A stretch of 63,562 nt of DNA, counting the filler. It is 11 parts of 11 records of this genome, joined end to end, with 100 filler letters (N's around TTAATTAATTAA, not from the genome) between each part and the next. Parts side by side here need not be neighbours in the genome. Positions count along the whole stretch, not along the records: positions 44,874 to 51,800 come from SRR15195285_856; positions 51,901 to 56,316 come from SRR15195285_858; positions 56,417 to 59,438 come from SRR15195285_873; 8 more parts are not named here. One strand, given 5' to 3'. The notes under the pieces were generated by a model. That model worked only from the letters and a program-made list of their open reading frames with translations, was not told where the DNA came from and made no database searches. Below are positions 47,826 through 59,538 of the stretch, in pieces. The stretch's first letter is position 1, and each line of letters begins with the position of its first letter. The position numbers and the translations under genes were made by a program.

Positions 47826-48202
47826 GGCGCTACAGCAATTCTAAGCACGAACCGCGCAGTAATATGCTAATATTGCGATCGACGTGGAGAGCAGCAGCGT
47901 ACGCGCGTATTCGACGGAGTAGCGCGGCTGCGTCGACCGCGGGACTGCTGCGACGCTCGCGTCTCGAGGAGTGCCGCGGGGGCGGCGCGGCACGCGCGCG
48001 CTACTATTATTGTAGCGGGGGCACGCATGCACCGCGCAATGCCGCACCGCGCGCCGCCGCGGGCGCCGGGCTGCCGTAGCTGCTGCGCTCACTCTCGGTC
48101 CTGCGTCGGTGATCGGCGCGTCAGCGCGCGTGCCGTCGACCGAGGACGTACGCGTAGCTACGTACTGGTAGATAAGTTACAAAGCAAATGTCAAACCCAC
48201 GG

Positions 48203-49186
48203 ATGGGCGGTGGAGGCGCGGGCGGGCGCCAGTGCCGCATCTGCCGCAACAAAAACCCGCCCGACCCCGAGGGCGATCTGCTCGGCGTTGGCTGCAGATG
48301 TTTCGCTGCGGTGAGGAAGCCATTTGATCCGTACTCAAGTACTGTCAGTTTCCGGGTCCCTGTGGCCTCGAATCGCTGCAGTCAATCTCCCAGTGAATCC
48401 GAAATTGTACTGTATGGGAGACTGTATGGTATGGTAGCTCCAAAGTTACCCTATCATTCGACGTCGTACACAGTACGCCGCGGGACGGATCGACTGGTGG
48501 TTGGCGGCGACCTTGATTTCGATAACGCGCTCGTGCTCACCGTGGTCATTGAAATCTCTTGATATGTATCTGATCCAGAGAGTCGTTTGCCGGAGCAGGT
48601 TCATCTCGCATGTGCCGTCAAAGCTGCGCAGACCACCGAGGCGATGTGGATGATGTGCCCAAAGTGCGACCAACGGTGGGGTGGAGATCTAGACAGGGAG
48701 CTGCTCGAGGCCGCGCCAAGTCCTCCAGAGGCAGACGCCCGAAAGTGTCGGGTCTGCCTGCGGAAAGCAACGTGCGACAATGAGGTATTGAGTTGCGGAT
48801 GTGCGTGCCGCAGCATCGCCGCAAAACCGGTCCATCTTGCATGCGCAGTAAAGCAGGCGCAGACAGACCTCAGCTCCTGGTGTTTCTGTTCGACGTGCAA
48901 GCATCGATGGGCTGGTGACCTGAAGCCACAGCTGGCGCGGGCGAGATGCCTTGCGTTTGCAGGTCGGCCGGACCATGATTCCGAGCGGCTGAGCGCAGAG
49001 ATCGACTTATGCAAGACACTGCGACTCCAAGGAAAGGTTGAGGAAGCCCTGCAGATTGGGAGCAAGGCTTTCCGTGCTTATACCGATGGTCGACAGGCGC
49101 AGTACAAGAAGCAGCTAGAGGCGGAGAAAGACGCCGCTGCCACTGCCGCTGCTGCGGCCGCTGGAGAGGAGCACGAGGAGCCGTGA
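48203..49186 (+). CDS. Tandem RING-CH (RINGv, C4HC3) zinc-finger protein with a TPR-like tail, putative E3 ligase
   Basis: Intron 48311-48598 joins CRIC..GCRCFAA|VHLAC..CPKC. The second finger is CRVC..GCAC..VHLAC..CSTC. Confidence 0.82.
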
Positions 49187-49224
49187 GGTCCTAGAATATT
49201 TGGACCCATTTATGCAGTACACAA

Positions 49225-51775
49225 TTATACTCTACTCGGCGGCCAGTTGTTTGCGCTAGCGAGCGTCCACACATCTAACTCCGCCGACAACGCTTCCTGG
49301 TGGCCAAATAGAGCCACTCCTCCGGCGGCCGGACTGCGTGGAACGATGCTGGCCGTGATTGCAGTCACGTTATTCACCTATACCCACACGCATGCTAAGA
49401 CGCTAGCGACGATTACACACCCCAACAGTCATGTAAGTCTGGGCAAGGCCAGTGCTTACGATCACCTCGAGCACACTGTGGTCGAGATACATGTGCATCG
49501 AGACCAGCCCCTACGAGAAAAAACGATCTGCTGTCAGAAATGAAAATACAGGATGAAATTACAATAGCTCGCAGCATTCACCTCGTTTGTACCGCTCAAG
49601 TATGGCGCACAGCGTGGTTGTGGATTGCCTTGCAACCGCCCGTCAACGCATATCAGATGCGACCTGGGATGAATGCCGATGGAAGTCTCCTCACGGACTG
49701 ACTCGTTCGGCGAGTTGAGAGCTACGCCAGCGCGCAAAACTGCTACCTGCGAGCTCGGCAGGTTACAGTGCTGGATTAACAGAGGCAGCCATGTTTCTCA
49801 ATTACCGTACGGTTGCTGGAATTCGCACTCCAAAAGGGGTGCCGAGTCCCGTTGCGCCGCCAACAACATCAACGTGCCAACGTGTATACAGCTCCAACTG
49901 CTGGCCGAATGCGTCGGAAGGATCATTAGTATGATTGCGCCGCAACCGTTGCAGCTCAGGGACAAACGCCTGCAGCAATGTCGGCTGGCCACTGGTGGTA
50001 TCCACATTGAGCGATAGATCTCGCGCCTGCATCCACCGATCGAGCCACAGGCTTACCAGAGCGTAGCACAATACTGTCATCCACTACGCATGGGACTTAC
50101 AAGCGATTGAATTCCCATACACGGCATGGAGATATTCATGCCACACATACCATTGGTCGAACCAATTGCCACCCGACGTCCGCTCACAGCCACCTGGTCG
50201 AGAGGTAGCAGGGACCAACTTCAGGTCCACGAGCTCGCATGCTCTAATGCATAGTCTCATGGGCTCGCATGAGAAGGTCAATCAATATTCGGGTTGCTAG
50301 TCACATGCTGTTGTACCTGATTGCTACTTCGAAAGTCACCGAGCGTGCGCGTCATTCCGAGTCGACCCCCATTTGGCAGCGCCGGCGTTCTACTGAGTGC
50401 GTCCATTCCAGTCGCGCGTGCCGCCAAAGCTGTGCCATTGGTTGTGAACTCGGACCAATCCAACATGGAGTGGGTGTTCGAATTGTAACTGGCATGAGTG
50501 TGGTTGCATGTGTGTAAGTCGCTCCCGCTGCTATACTAGCGAATGACACAGTATTGTGGAGATCCGCACTCGATATGAAATTCTGAGCCATTCCTCTGCT
50601 TGCCAATGAAATACTCTGTTGAACCACGGCAATCATAGCAATTGTTGAAGATGACACGGTATTCGCCTAAAGACCACGCAATTATCCAATCAGGCCGCCT
50701 GGATTCTAAAGCTTTAACCGAATTATGGTTCATGGTGCTGCTCAATCATGAGGGGCGCCTACATAGCCCACAACATGGCGTCAGTGAGCAAATACAACTG
50801 GCGACATACCATTCGGGTCTCCTGGAAGACTGCCAAAAAAGTCGATTGTCACAAACTCCATCAGGCCATGCTGAGACATTGGTCCTGGGTAAATGCTGTG
50901 GTTGTTCGCGAACAGCAGGATTGGAGCCTGTTGCCAGTCGGCTTGTGCGCCACGCAATGCCGGCGAACGCCACATGGAGATTGCGCCACCGGCCTTGCAC
51001 GGTACTGCGTCCGTTGTCCCGTTGCAGGCATCCACTGCAATGCCCGCATACCACCACCCATCGTGGTCCCGGAACGGCCGAAACGGGTCGTAAGGTACCC
51101 CACGATAGTACACTATTGGAATCAACGGTTCGTACGCCCCCCACTCTGTCGCTTCTGAATTCGTTGCGCACCGTAGTGCAAGGGGGGGTTGTTGGCACGT
51201 GGAGGTATTGTCTTTCCCGAGCGGACACAATGGCTTGGCTGGATCATCCGGTATACAGCGGTCGCAGCGCATCCCAGCACATATCCTACCCCCAGTCTGC
51301 TCACTGTCCGCAATGGCAAAGCCTGACGGCCAGTCATCTGGGCCCACTGGCTGAACATCCGAAGCTGTTCGCCAGTGAACCAGATCCGCAGAAACCCGGT
51401 GGTGCCAACCACTGCCGGCGCCCAAACGTTCCCCCGTCAGCTGCCAAACATGGTGCAGACCATTATAGCTCAGGGCGCCGGCAATGTCGCCTGCACTCTT
51501 GTTCAGTGGCGCGTAGTGTAATCGTGGGCGTATCCATGCTGGCCCAGGGTGCGGTTGCCAGTACGTATCGGGGTCAACATCGCTACATGCAACAATCCTG
51601 CTGCTATTCAAGACGGTAGCGACGACGGCGGCTGTGGCACCTAAGCTTGGTGCCCGGCATGACCTACGCACACAACACAGGACCGAAGTCAAAAAAGCGC
51701 CACGGTAGCCCGGTGTGGAACCGTACTGGCACACAGGATCAGCCAACAGACAGGCGCTCTGCGCGTGTCCAACAT
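49225..51775 (-). CDS. Glycoside hydrolase family 32-like (five-bladed beta-propeller + beta-sandwich), multi-exon
   Basis: RPRLHYAP...GDIAGALSYNGLHHVW, WHHRVSADLVHW, YDPFRPF and DGWWY. The C-terminal exons give MYLDHSVLEVI|VNNVTAITASIVP...LDVWTL, ending at TAA 49225-49227. The 5' exon is approximate. Confidence 0.8.
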
Positions 51776-52085
51776 GCGCCGCTCAACGCCGACTGCGACG
51801 NNNNNNNNNNNNNNNNNNNNNNNNNNNNNNNNNNNNNNNNNNNNTTAATTAATTAANNNNNNNNNNNNNNNNNNNNNNNNNNNNNNNNNNNNNNNNNNNN
51901 CCGCGCCACGGCGCGCTTTTTGCAAAATGCTGAGTCGGCAATTTCAACAAATTTGCGATGCATGGTGGGCCGCGCATGCATTCGATGCATCGGCGCGCTT
52001 TAGCGTAGGTGTGCGCGCGGTCGTCTGCGCGGTGAGCGCGCCGCGCGCGGCGAGGTCGCCGCGCGGCGCCGGTATCTGCAAGGCA

Positions 52086-53267
52086 ATGGACCAGCGTGAT
52101 GTGAGTCCACCGCCGCTAGCGGGGCTACTGCGGCTTGCGGTGCTCAGTCACCACCTCAATGCCCTCCCCAACCACCCACCACGCTCATTCTACGCTCCGC
52201 GCCACGTCTCTGCGGGCTCTGTTGAGCTGGGGAGTGCTGGAAAAAGGAGGAGAGTTGAATACAGATCCCCGTCAGATTGTGCATGGGCAATGCCTCTCTC
52301 AGCAGAGAGCAGCACAATTCGTGAGATTTCCTCCGCTGGTGGTGCGTCTGGCGTGGGCCCCATCCGTTACAACGCTGCGACCGCCCGGCAGTTCCCGCCG
52401 ACAGTGAGTCTAACCTTCAGATCACGAACGCCAGTGCTCGGCGATAAGCCACTAGCTGGCTGTGAGTGTGGCAGCCTGCAGCTTCACGTGTTTGAACCAA
52501 CGGGTGATCCTGTTGGGCCTGGCCGGGCTTCGGCGGTATTCTTTTCGGAAGGTGGGTGGCGTGCGATTGAGGCAACCCAGTTCTTTCCGCAGTGTGCACG
52601 ACTCGCTGCAGCAGGTATAGTTGCAGTAGCGGCCGAGTACAGCGCTGGCAGTGGCCCTGATCAGCAAGCGATGATTGCGGATGCTGCTGCTGCGCTAAAG
52701 GCACTCCGCGAGCCCGCATTAACGCGACGATTCAACCTAGACGGTCGAATTGCTGCCTGTGGGGCCTCGGCTGGCGGGCACTTGGCGGCGGCCATTGCCC
52801 TCTGCCCTCTGCCGACAGAATTTCAGACGGAAGGACGACCTGATGCTTGCGTGCTGCTCAATCCTGTGCTTGACTTGGAAACAGACAGCTCGCTGTGCCC
52901 AGCAGCAGAGCTGCGCCGTCTCAATCACGCTGTTGCCACTGATTTGACGGCCAGGTCACCTAGCTGCAGCAGCCGACTGCCCCCGACACTAATCCTCTTC
53001 GGCGATGCAGATCCACTTCTTCAGCCAGCAAAACGCTTTGCCGAGACGGCGACGACGCTAGCAAACAGCCTCAACCTCCGCAGTTCGTGGGGCGGTGACG
53101 AAGCAGCACTCCCGCAGCTTCGTGTATATCCGCACGGAGGTGGCACACATGGGTTTTTCGACTGGACGCGGCGAGGAACTGGCAACAGTGGAAGCAATCC
53201 CAGTGGATTTGAAATGACAACCTCGGCAATGGTCCAGTTTCTACGCGGCCTGGGTTACACCCGCTGA
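52086..53267 (+). CDS. Alpha/beta hydrolase (HSL/acetyl-esterase-like) with an N-terminal PTS2-like motif
   Basis: Nucleophile GASAGG, acid GDAD, His in HGFF, oxyanion region FSEGGW, and N-terminal RLAVLSHHL. There is an alternative upstream ATG at 51927. Confidence 0.85.
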   Translation: MDQRDVSPPPLAGLLRLAVLSHHLNALPNHPPRSFYAPRHVSAGSVELGSAGKRRRVEYRSPSDCAWAMPLSAESSTIREISSAGGASGVGPIRYNAATARQFPPTVSLTFRSRTPVLGDKPLAGCECGSLQLHVFEPTGDPVGPGRASAVFFSEGGWRAIEATQFFPQCARLAAAGIVAVAAEYSAGSGPDQQAMIADAAAALKALREPALTRRFNLDGRIAACGASAGGHLAAAIALCPLPTEFQTEGRPDACVLLNPVLDLETDSSLCPAAELRRLNHAVATDLTARSPSCSSRLPPTLILFGDADPLLQPAKRFAETATTLANSLNLRSSWGGDEAALPQLRVYPHGGGTHGFFDWTRRGTGNSGSNPSGFEMTTSAMVQFLRGLGYTR

Positions 53268-53494
53268 TTCATGCTCGATGACTTTGCAAGAATGAAAGTA
53301 GTTTTTCCCGTCCGCGGACAAGTTGTGCCACATCTTCTAGAGTCCTTGTTTGGAGATGGACGACAAGGCCAAGTTCGAGGAGGAGGAGCGTATACGGACC
53401 GAGAGAGAGAGCCCCTTTGGGTAGCAACGGCTGGGTGGCAAGGAAAACTTGATTCAGAATTGCCAACAACCGGGGCTCTTGACCTAACGACTAA

Positions 53495-56027
53495 TTAGAG
53501 TTCTTGTTTGCCAACTATACTACCTGCACCAGCAGACCCAGCTTCGCAAGCTGCGGGTGTGCGAAACTTGAACTCGTATACACAAGTCTCTGTCTCACGA
53601 ACATCCTCGAGCTTATTGTCAACGCCCTGACGCAGCACAAGAGTGGAGCGACAGTCATGACCAAACACAGCCTACCGCTAGCAACGTTCACGTGCAACGC
53701 GAGAGATCCAAGGCACGGCACTCACGCAGCTGACGAGTACCGTCGCCGAACGCTGTGGCCCGTTCCAGCACGATTGTCCACCGGTAAACTTGAAAATGTA
53801 CCCGTCCGTTGTCTTGGTGTATTCATTCCAATTTCCCAAACTTGTGTAGTCCTGCTCCACCTTGTCGTATGGCTTCATTTTGTACCTGGAGCCATTTGCA
53901 AATGGCTAAATACTGCTGAAAGGATAGCACAGAGAGGCATTGCAGTATGGATCATCACACACGTGTACTGCCCAAATGTTTCCTCGAATGATTCTCCCTT
54001 GAGAGACCAGAACACGTTCCCAGGACCCCAATCGCCATTCACGATGTCCTCGAGAGTTTTGATGTCATCGTCGAGCGTTGACACTGCAAGCCGCCAGTAG
54101 GTTAGTGGCAGATCAGCGCAGCAACTGACAGAAGACAAATTGTTCGAACGGGTGCCGACGTACCCGTGCTCTCTGCGTCCGACAGGTCAGAGCGCGCGGC
54201 TTCCGCTTCTGGCTTCTTGTAGTCCTCAGGGGCAAGTCCGTCGCCCACAAGAGACCGGAGGCAGTCCGCCACTGTCCGTTGCTCCGGCGCCACAAAAGGA
54301 GCCACCACTTCTCCTGGGTCCTCCACATCATCGTCGCCGCTGGGTCCGTTCTCTCCATCGTTCTCGGCAGCGACAAATGCAGCACGCGCCTCTTCTTCGG
54401 TCGCAGCATTACCATCTGCATCAACATCCGCTGGCAGCGTCTCCTCTTGCTGCTCTACCTCAGAGCCCTCGTCGAGACCAAGCGCCTGCCGTCTTGCCGC
54501 TGCAGCTGCACTCAGAGCTGGCGAGGGAGTCTTCTCCTTAGCAGCCTTCGTCTGCACATCAAACCCTTTTTTCAAGTTGAGTAGCGCAGCGTACTCATCT
54601 GAAGCTAGCTCCTTGGAGCTGCCTGCGTCAGTGATACCCTGCTTCACCTCAACCTCAACAGTCGCCCATTTTGCAAGGGCCGCGCCCATGCGCTGCTTTG
54701 CCTTTGACGTAGCCTCAGTGACATCAGGGCTGTGGGCCGTGCCGTCATCAGCAAGGTTGGAGAGATTCTCCATCGCTTCGCGACCAGCGCTGACGACTTC
54801 GCTTGTTTGAGAGAGCGCCGCCTCGGCTTTGAGAACCGCCTCTTTTGCTCCTTTGAGGCCGGCGCTAGCGACATCTATCGCTGCAGCCATCTTCGCGCCA
54901 GCTTCTATCAGCTGCTTCTCGCCTGCAGGTTCTCCCAACCTGGCGCTGGATGCCGCACCCTGTCCGTCGCGCAGTGCCGCAGTTGCCGTGGTGCGCCCAG
55001 TCTCGCAGTCGGCGGCCCCTTGCTCTGCGTTTTTGACTGCTTCCGCAGCCACCTGCTTGGCAGTGTCGCATGCTGTCTCTAGCTGTGTCGCTATGTTGCC
55101 TGCGGCTGTTGCGGCATCCTGTTGCAAGAGCTCCTCGGTTGGGTCGATTGGAGCCTGGTTGTTTGCCTCTCGCAAAGAAGAGACTAGGTCGACCAGTGTG
55201 TCTGGACCGTCACGTACCAGCGCGACCACCAGCACGCGCAGCGCATCAGCCTGCAAAGATTCCAGGCCGAGCCCCACGGCGAGCTCCAGGTCGTGCATGC
55301 GCGAGGCCTGTGCGGCCTCCTTCTTCTCGAAGAGCTCCATCTCTGCTTTGCGGGAGCGGAGAGACGCGAGCGTGCCGTCAAGCGTAGCCTTCTCCAAACG
55401 CTTAGTCTCCAGCTCTGCGGACTTGGTGCTCATGTGCGCCGCACTAGCCGCTAGCATGCTGGCCTTAGCTGCCAATCCTGCTTTGAGAACGGCCGCTTTC
55501 TCCACAGCATCTTTGTTGGCCTCCGCGGCCTCCGCAGCACAGGTATTGGCACATGGCGACGCTGTTCCCTTCTCGTCACTGCCATCGCAGCAGTCGCACA
55601 CGAAGTCGTTCACCCGGGATGAAGGAATGCGCTTTCCCTCATGCCCTACATTCAAACAGAAGAAGCCAGCGGACGCGGACTCCGGCGGAGCAACGCCGCT
55701 GCAAGCTGCTGTGCCGGGCTCGTCCGACCCATCGTCGCAGTCGCAGTAGTCGTCATTCAGCTGCTCGTACGGCAGCACCTGCACGCCATCGAGGCAGTGA
55801 AAGTGCCGCCCGTCCTTGATGGCATACCTGCTCCGGCGAATCAAAATCCTCTTGAGCAGCGGTCAAAACCGTACAAAATGCCAATCCAAAACCGATCAGT
55901 GATCAAGAGCAAATCGTCGGAGTACATACGCCTCCGCGAGCTTCGGGACGACGCCCAGCAGGCTCGGGTCGGCCGGACCCCGGGTCGCCGCCGCCACCAC
56001 GCTCACCATCGCAGAGAGCGCCAGCAT
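53495..56027 (-). CDS. PRKCSH: Glucosidase II beta subunit (PRKCSH/GTB1), multi-exon
   Basis: Signal peptide. LNDDYCDCDDGSDEPGTAAC and SSRVNDFVCDCCDGSDE. Long coiled coil. MRH domain GGQSCWNGPQRSATV..C..ETETCVYEFKFRTPAAC. ER-retrieval-like KQEL*. Confidence 0.93.
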
Positions 56028-56416
56028 GTCGTACGCTACTGCACCGGGAGCGGCCGTACCGGTGTACACGCGCGTACCGTGCGCCATTATATATCGCCGG
56101 CGCGCGGTCCTATCGCGTACGTGCAATCGATGAAACTTCGCATTTACGCTCAATTTAGAAAATGGTTCGCTATGGAATTGAATACGAGATTGTAGCACTA
56201 TATTCGGGAACCTCGAGCAGGCAGCCCGCGATCACCCGACCGTTCGGCCACGACCTCATATACGATACTGTACTAGATCTAGTATACCCATAGCCCATAT
56301 ATGATCGGTGCCAATGNNNNNNNNNNNNNNNNNNNNNNNNNNNNNNNNNNNNNNNNNNNNTTAATTAATTAANNNNNNNNNNNNNNNNNNNNNNNNNNNN
56401 NNNNNNNNNNNNNNNN

Positions 56417-57397
56417 GAACCTCAGATCAAGGCTCGGGTCCAAGGCGTGCCGTGCTGTGACGCGCTCTGTGCGGCACACAGCCCAGAGGCCGACAGGACC
56501 GCCGCCGAGATGGAGGCTCAGGAAATCACCGAAGACTTTTACTGTGACGGATTTACGGTATGGTACCTTACGTACGTGGGTGTGTATATTGCCTCTGTGA
56601 TCGTTGTTGGGAACGCGGCGAGGAACGATGGCTCCGCGTCGGCCTGTCTGACGCTGTCCTTGGGCATCATCATCCTGTACTGGGTGCGGACCCGGGTCGT
56701 TCCGTACGGGGCGAATCGACACATATTCATTTATCCCGCGGCCCAGTTTTTCGAATATGCAGTGATGAGCGACTTGTTCCTTTGGATGATGACACGGCGT
56801 GCCCGTGCAATGCGGTTGCACCACGAACGCACAACGCGTCACATGAACCGAATGGAGGACCTGGAAGCAGCGCGACAGCGAGACCGAGACGAGCTCGATC
56901 GTGCCGCAGAGCAGCTAGCACAGCGACCGATCGAGCCGCTCCCGGCTGTCAAGCCTGTCGAGCGTGGTGCGGTGGGCGCCGTCGTAGAAGGCATCACCAT
57001 GGAGGATATGGAGACCGACCGGGAGTTGGCGATGTGCGCAAACCCGCTGATGCTCGCTTCCGTGAGCGTTGGAGACGTTGTGCATCAGCGTGAACTTCAC
57101 CATGGCGTCCCCGACAGTGGAGAGTTCGACGAAGAGGATGACGGGGGTGAGCCGCTGCCGTTTCGTGTTGCCTCTAGTGCGGTGGTGATCCAGCCGCCGT
57201 CGCGCACAGGCGGCGCCGCTGGCGCTGGTGCCGGTCGGGCGCCAGTTATGACAGTTCTAGCACAATTGACTCCACCCTCCTCGCCGAGCTCTACTGGTAC
57301 ATCTGGCGCTGTTGTAGAAGGCATTGCTGACCCAGCCACACGACCCAGACACTCCATGGCTGCGGTGGAGGATGATTCAGACGACGATCTGGTATAA
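56417..57397 (+). CDS. Hypothetical membrane protein, 5'-partial
   Basis: 316-aa ORF with about three hydrophobic segments followed by a charged, low-complexity tail. No family recognised. Confidence 0.6.
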   Translation, partial: EPQIKARVQGVPCCDALCAAHSPEADRTAAEMEAQEITEDFYCDGFTVWYLTYVGVYIASVIVVGNAARNDGSASACLTLSLGIIILYWVRTRVVPYGANRHIFIYPAAQFFEYAVMSDLFLWMMTRRARAMRLHHERTTRHMNRMEDLEAARQRDRDELDRAAEQLAQRPIEPLPAVKPVERGAVGAVVEGITMEDMETDRELAMCANPLMLASVSVGDVVHQRELHHGVPDSGEFDEEDDGGEPLPFRVASSAVVIQPPSRTGGAAGAGAGRAPVMTVLAQLTPPSSPSSTGTSGAVVEGIADPATRPRHSMAAVEDDSDDDLV

Positions 57398-57449
57398 CTT
57401 TTAAAAAGATTTGAATTGCATGGCACCTGACGCAGCTTGACAAGCTAGC

Positions 57450-59249
57450 CTAGAGCAAGACTTCGATCAGGCTGAAGACGTCATCTTCCCCACCCAACGA
57501 ACTCAACGTAAGCATCTGATTTGGCTGTACTATTGTCACGTTGACCTCCGCGGTGCGCCACGCCCGGCCACCCCTCGTGTCCTGCTTGCGAACTACCAGC
57601 GCCTGCTTCCCACCATAGGCCAGTGCCCACTGTCCCACACCCTGGTCGTAATACACGACCCGCACCAGTGCCACCCTACCTGCAGCAGCCGCGGCAAAAG
57701 CTGGATCCAGTTCGAGTGTGATCTCAGTCTTGCCGGACGCGTGCTCCAACCCACGAGCGAAGCGCCCAAACGATTCATTCACCGGCCCCAGCTGCCACCA
57801 GCCGATAGAGGTGTTGAGTGGGTCCAGCTGCCGGAGGTGTTGCTGGAAGTTGCCATCATAGCACTGCCAGCACACGTCAATCAGCGCGTTGGCCTTCTTC
57901 TGGTGAACGCTGTTTTTGGCACTGGCGGCCCCCTTCTGACCAAGGCGTGCGCCACGAGCGTCGAAAGCCGCGGCAATGTTCACCATTCGGTTTGCGTTTG
58001 CAAACTGAGAAGGGTTCTCCGGGTCATCGACAGGACCGAACTGCGCGATTGGAAAACGCAGGGTGTCCGCCGTATCCAAGCTGTCACGGAAGGACAAAAA
58101 AGCCGCCTGCGCGGTGGCCGGGTTCTTCTGGCCAGCGTGCCGGTTGAAGAACGTCATGGTCGGTGCGAAACTGCTATTCCCTAGCCAGCCCGCGTACAGG
58201 TTCAAGGTGTCGAGTCCAAACGTGAGCGCATTTTCTGTCAGCGCCTGCAAGCTCCACCAGGGTGAGTGTGCCCAGTTGCCGTATGTACCCGTCGACAAGT
58301 CAGGGTCCGGCTCCACCGCCAGCTCGCCACGGCTGCGAGCGTAGCTGCCGTCGGGCTGTGGACGGAGCATCAGCGGGCTCTCCGCCTCGAAGAGGGCTCG
58401 ATCGCCATTCCCCTGATACCAATGACTAATCTTGCCCTCCTTGACGGCCGCACCGTGCATTCCCTTGTCGGCAGCGCGCTGCAGGAACCAGCCATTGTCC
58501 TCCTGACCTGAGAAACCATCGTGTAGGTTGGCTATCACAGGAATCCCAGTAGGGAGGAATGCGTCGATGTACATGTCAGCGACTGCGCGCGAGTAATTCA
58601 TCCAAGCTGCGGCACCCATCGTTTGGTTGGTCGTGCAGCCTGGCACGGAGGCATCCTCACACTTCACGACCCCGTTCCACGGCCGATTGTCGCCAGTGAT
58701 TCCAGCCACCGCCTGCACGGCCCAGATGCTCTGCTTGACTTTGGGTGGCAGCTCGGTGACGTGGCGGGCGAACTCATTAATAACCTTCTGCCACGCACCC
58801 TGGAACGCGGAGTCCAGATAGTTCGGTGCCGGCTCCAGCCTACCTGACCGTCCACCACGATGGAAGAGGACGGGCGTGGATACGTTCGCCATCCAGGAAG
58901 GCATTGGGTTGGCCCCGTCGAAAATGTAGAGCACAGGGTTCAGCTGCAATCCATGTTCGGCGGCGAGGGTAAGGTTCTTGTCGAACTCCTCCCAGTTGAA
59001 GATGCCCTTCTCCGGCTCGAGCTTGTTCCAGTAGAGGACATGAAACCACCCACGCAGCCACGGCGGTGGCGCGTGCAGCACCTGCTCGAAGCACTCGTTG
59101 ACGCGGAAGCCGGCAGGATGCGCCCCCTGGTAGGCGGCATAGCCACATGCCCAGCTCCAGATGCCGGCGTGTTGTTCGTGTTGCTGATGTGCGAGCGCCT
59201 GCTGCGTTCCGACAGCGGCTAGCAGCGATGCCAGCACGCGTCCCAGCAT
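57450..59249 (-). CDS. Secreted glycoside hydrolase-like protein (GH42/GH35-type TIM barrel + beta-sandwich), intronless
   Basis: Signal-peptide-like MLGRVLASLLAAVGTQQALA. YWNKLEPEKGIFNWEEFD..L..A, PSWM, PNYLDSAFQ and GITGD. C-terminal VRVVYYDQGVGQWALAY..WRTAEV. Confidence 0.75.
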   Translation of the reverse strand: MLGRVLASLLAAVGTQQALAHQQHEQHAGIWSWACGYAAYQGAHPAGFRVNECFEQVLHAPPPWLRGWFHVLYWNKLEPEKGIFNWEEFDKNLTLAAEHGLQLNPVLYIFDGANPMPSWMANVSTPVLFHRGGRSGRLEPAPNYLDSAFQGAWQKVINEFARHVTELPPKVKQSIWAVQAVAGITGDNRPWNGVVKCEDASVPGCTTNQTMGAAAWMNYSRAVADMYIDAFLPTGIPVIANLHDGFSGQEDNGWFLQRAADKGMHGAAVKEGKISHWYQGNGDRALFEAESPLMLRPQPDGSYARSRGELAVEPDPDLSTGTYGNWAHSPWWSLQALTENALTFGLDTLNLYAGWLGNSSFAPTMTFFNRHAGQKNPATAQAAFLSFRDSLDTADTLRFPIAQFGPVDDPENPSQFANANRMVNIAAAFDARGARLGQKGAASAKNSVHQKKANALIDVCWQCYDGNFQQHLRQLDPLNTSIGWWQLGPVNESFGRFARGLEHASGKTEITLELDPAFAAAAAGRVALVRVVYYDQGVGQWALAYGGKQALVVRKQDTRGGRAWRTAEVNVTIVQPNQMLTLSSLGGEDDVFSLIEVLL

Positions 59250-59538
59250 GTCCAACAGCGACGCGCCCCCCCCCCCGCCGTCCACCACGCTCGACCCGCC
59301 GCGATCGATGCTACGAGCTACGTGCCTGTCGTCCCGCCGCGATGACCGCGGGCATATCTAGCTAGGATACGCATGCAGTAAATTCTGTTGTTTCTCCGAA
59401 ACGCACCTGGGTGATTGGCGCAGTTTGGATCCGATGGANNNNNNNNNNNNNNNNNNNNNNNNNNNNNNNNNNNNNNNNNNNNTTAATTAATTAANNNNNN
59501 NNNNNNNNNNNNNNNNNNNNNNNNNNNNNNNNNNNNNN

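Noticed and set aside
50700-50810. In-frame TGA in the GH32 ORF as selenocysteine or readthrough
   Set aside because: It falls inside a GT-AG intron (DPNG|EYRV joins in phase). Other broken ORFs in the window are likewise explained by introns, so no alternative genetic code is needed.
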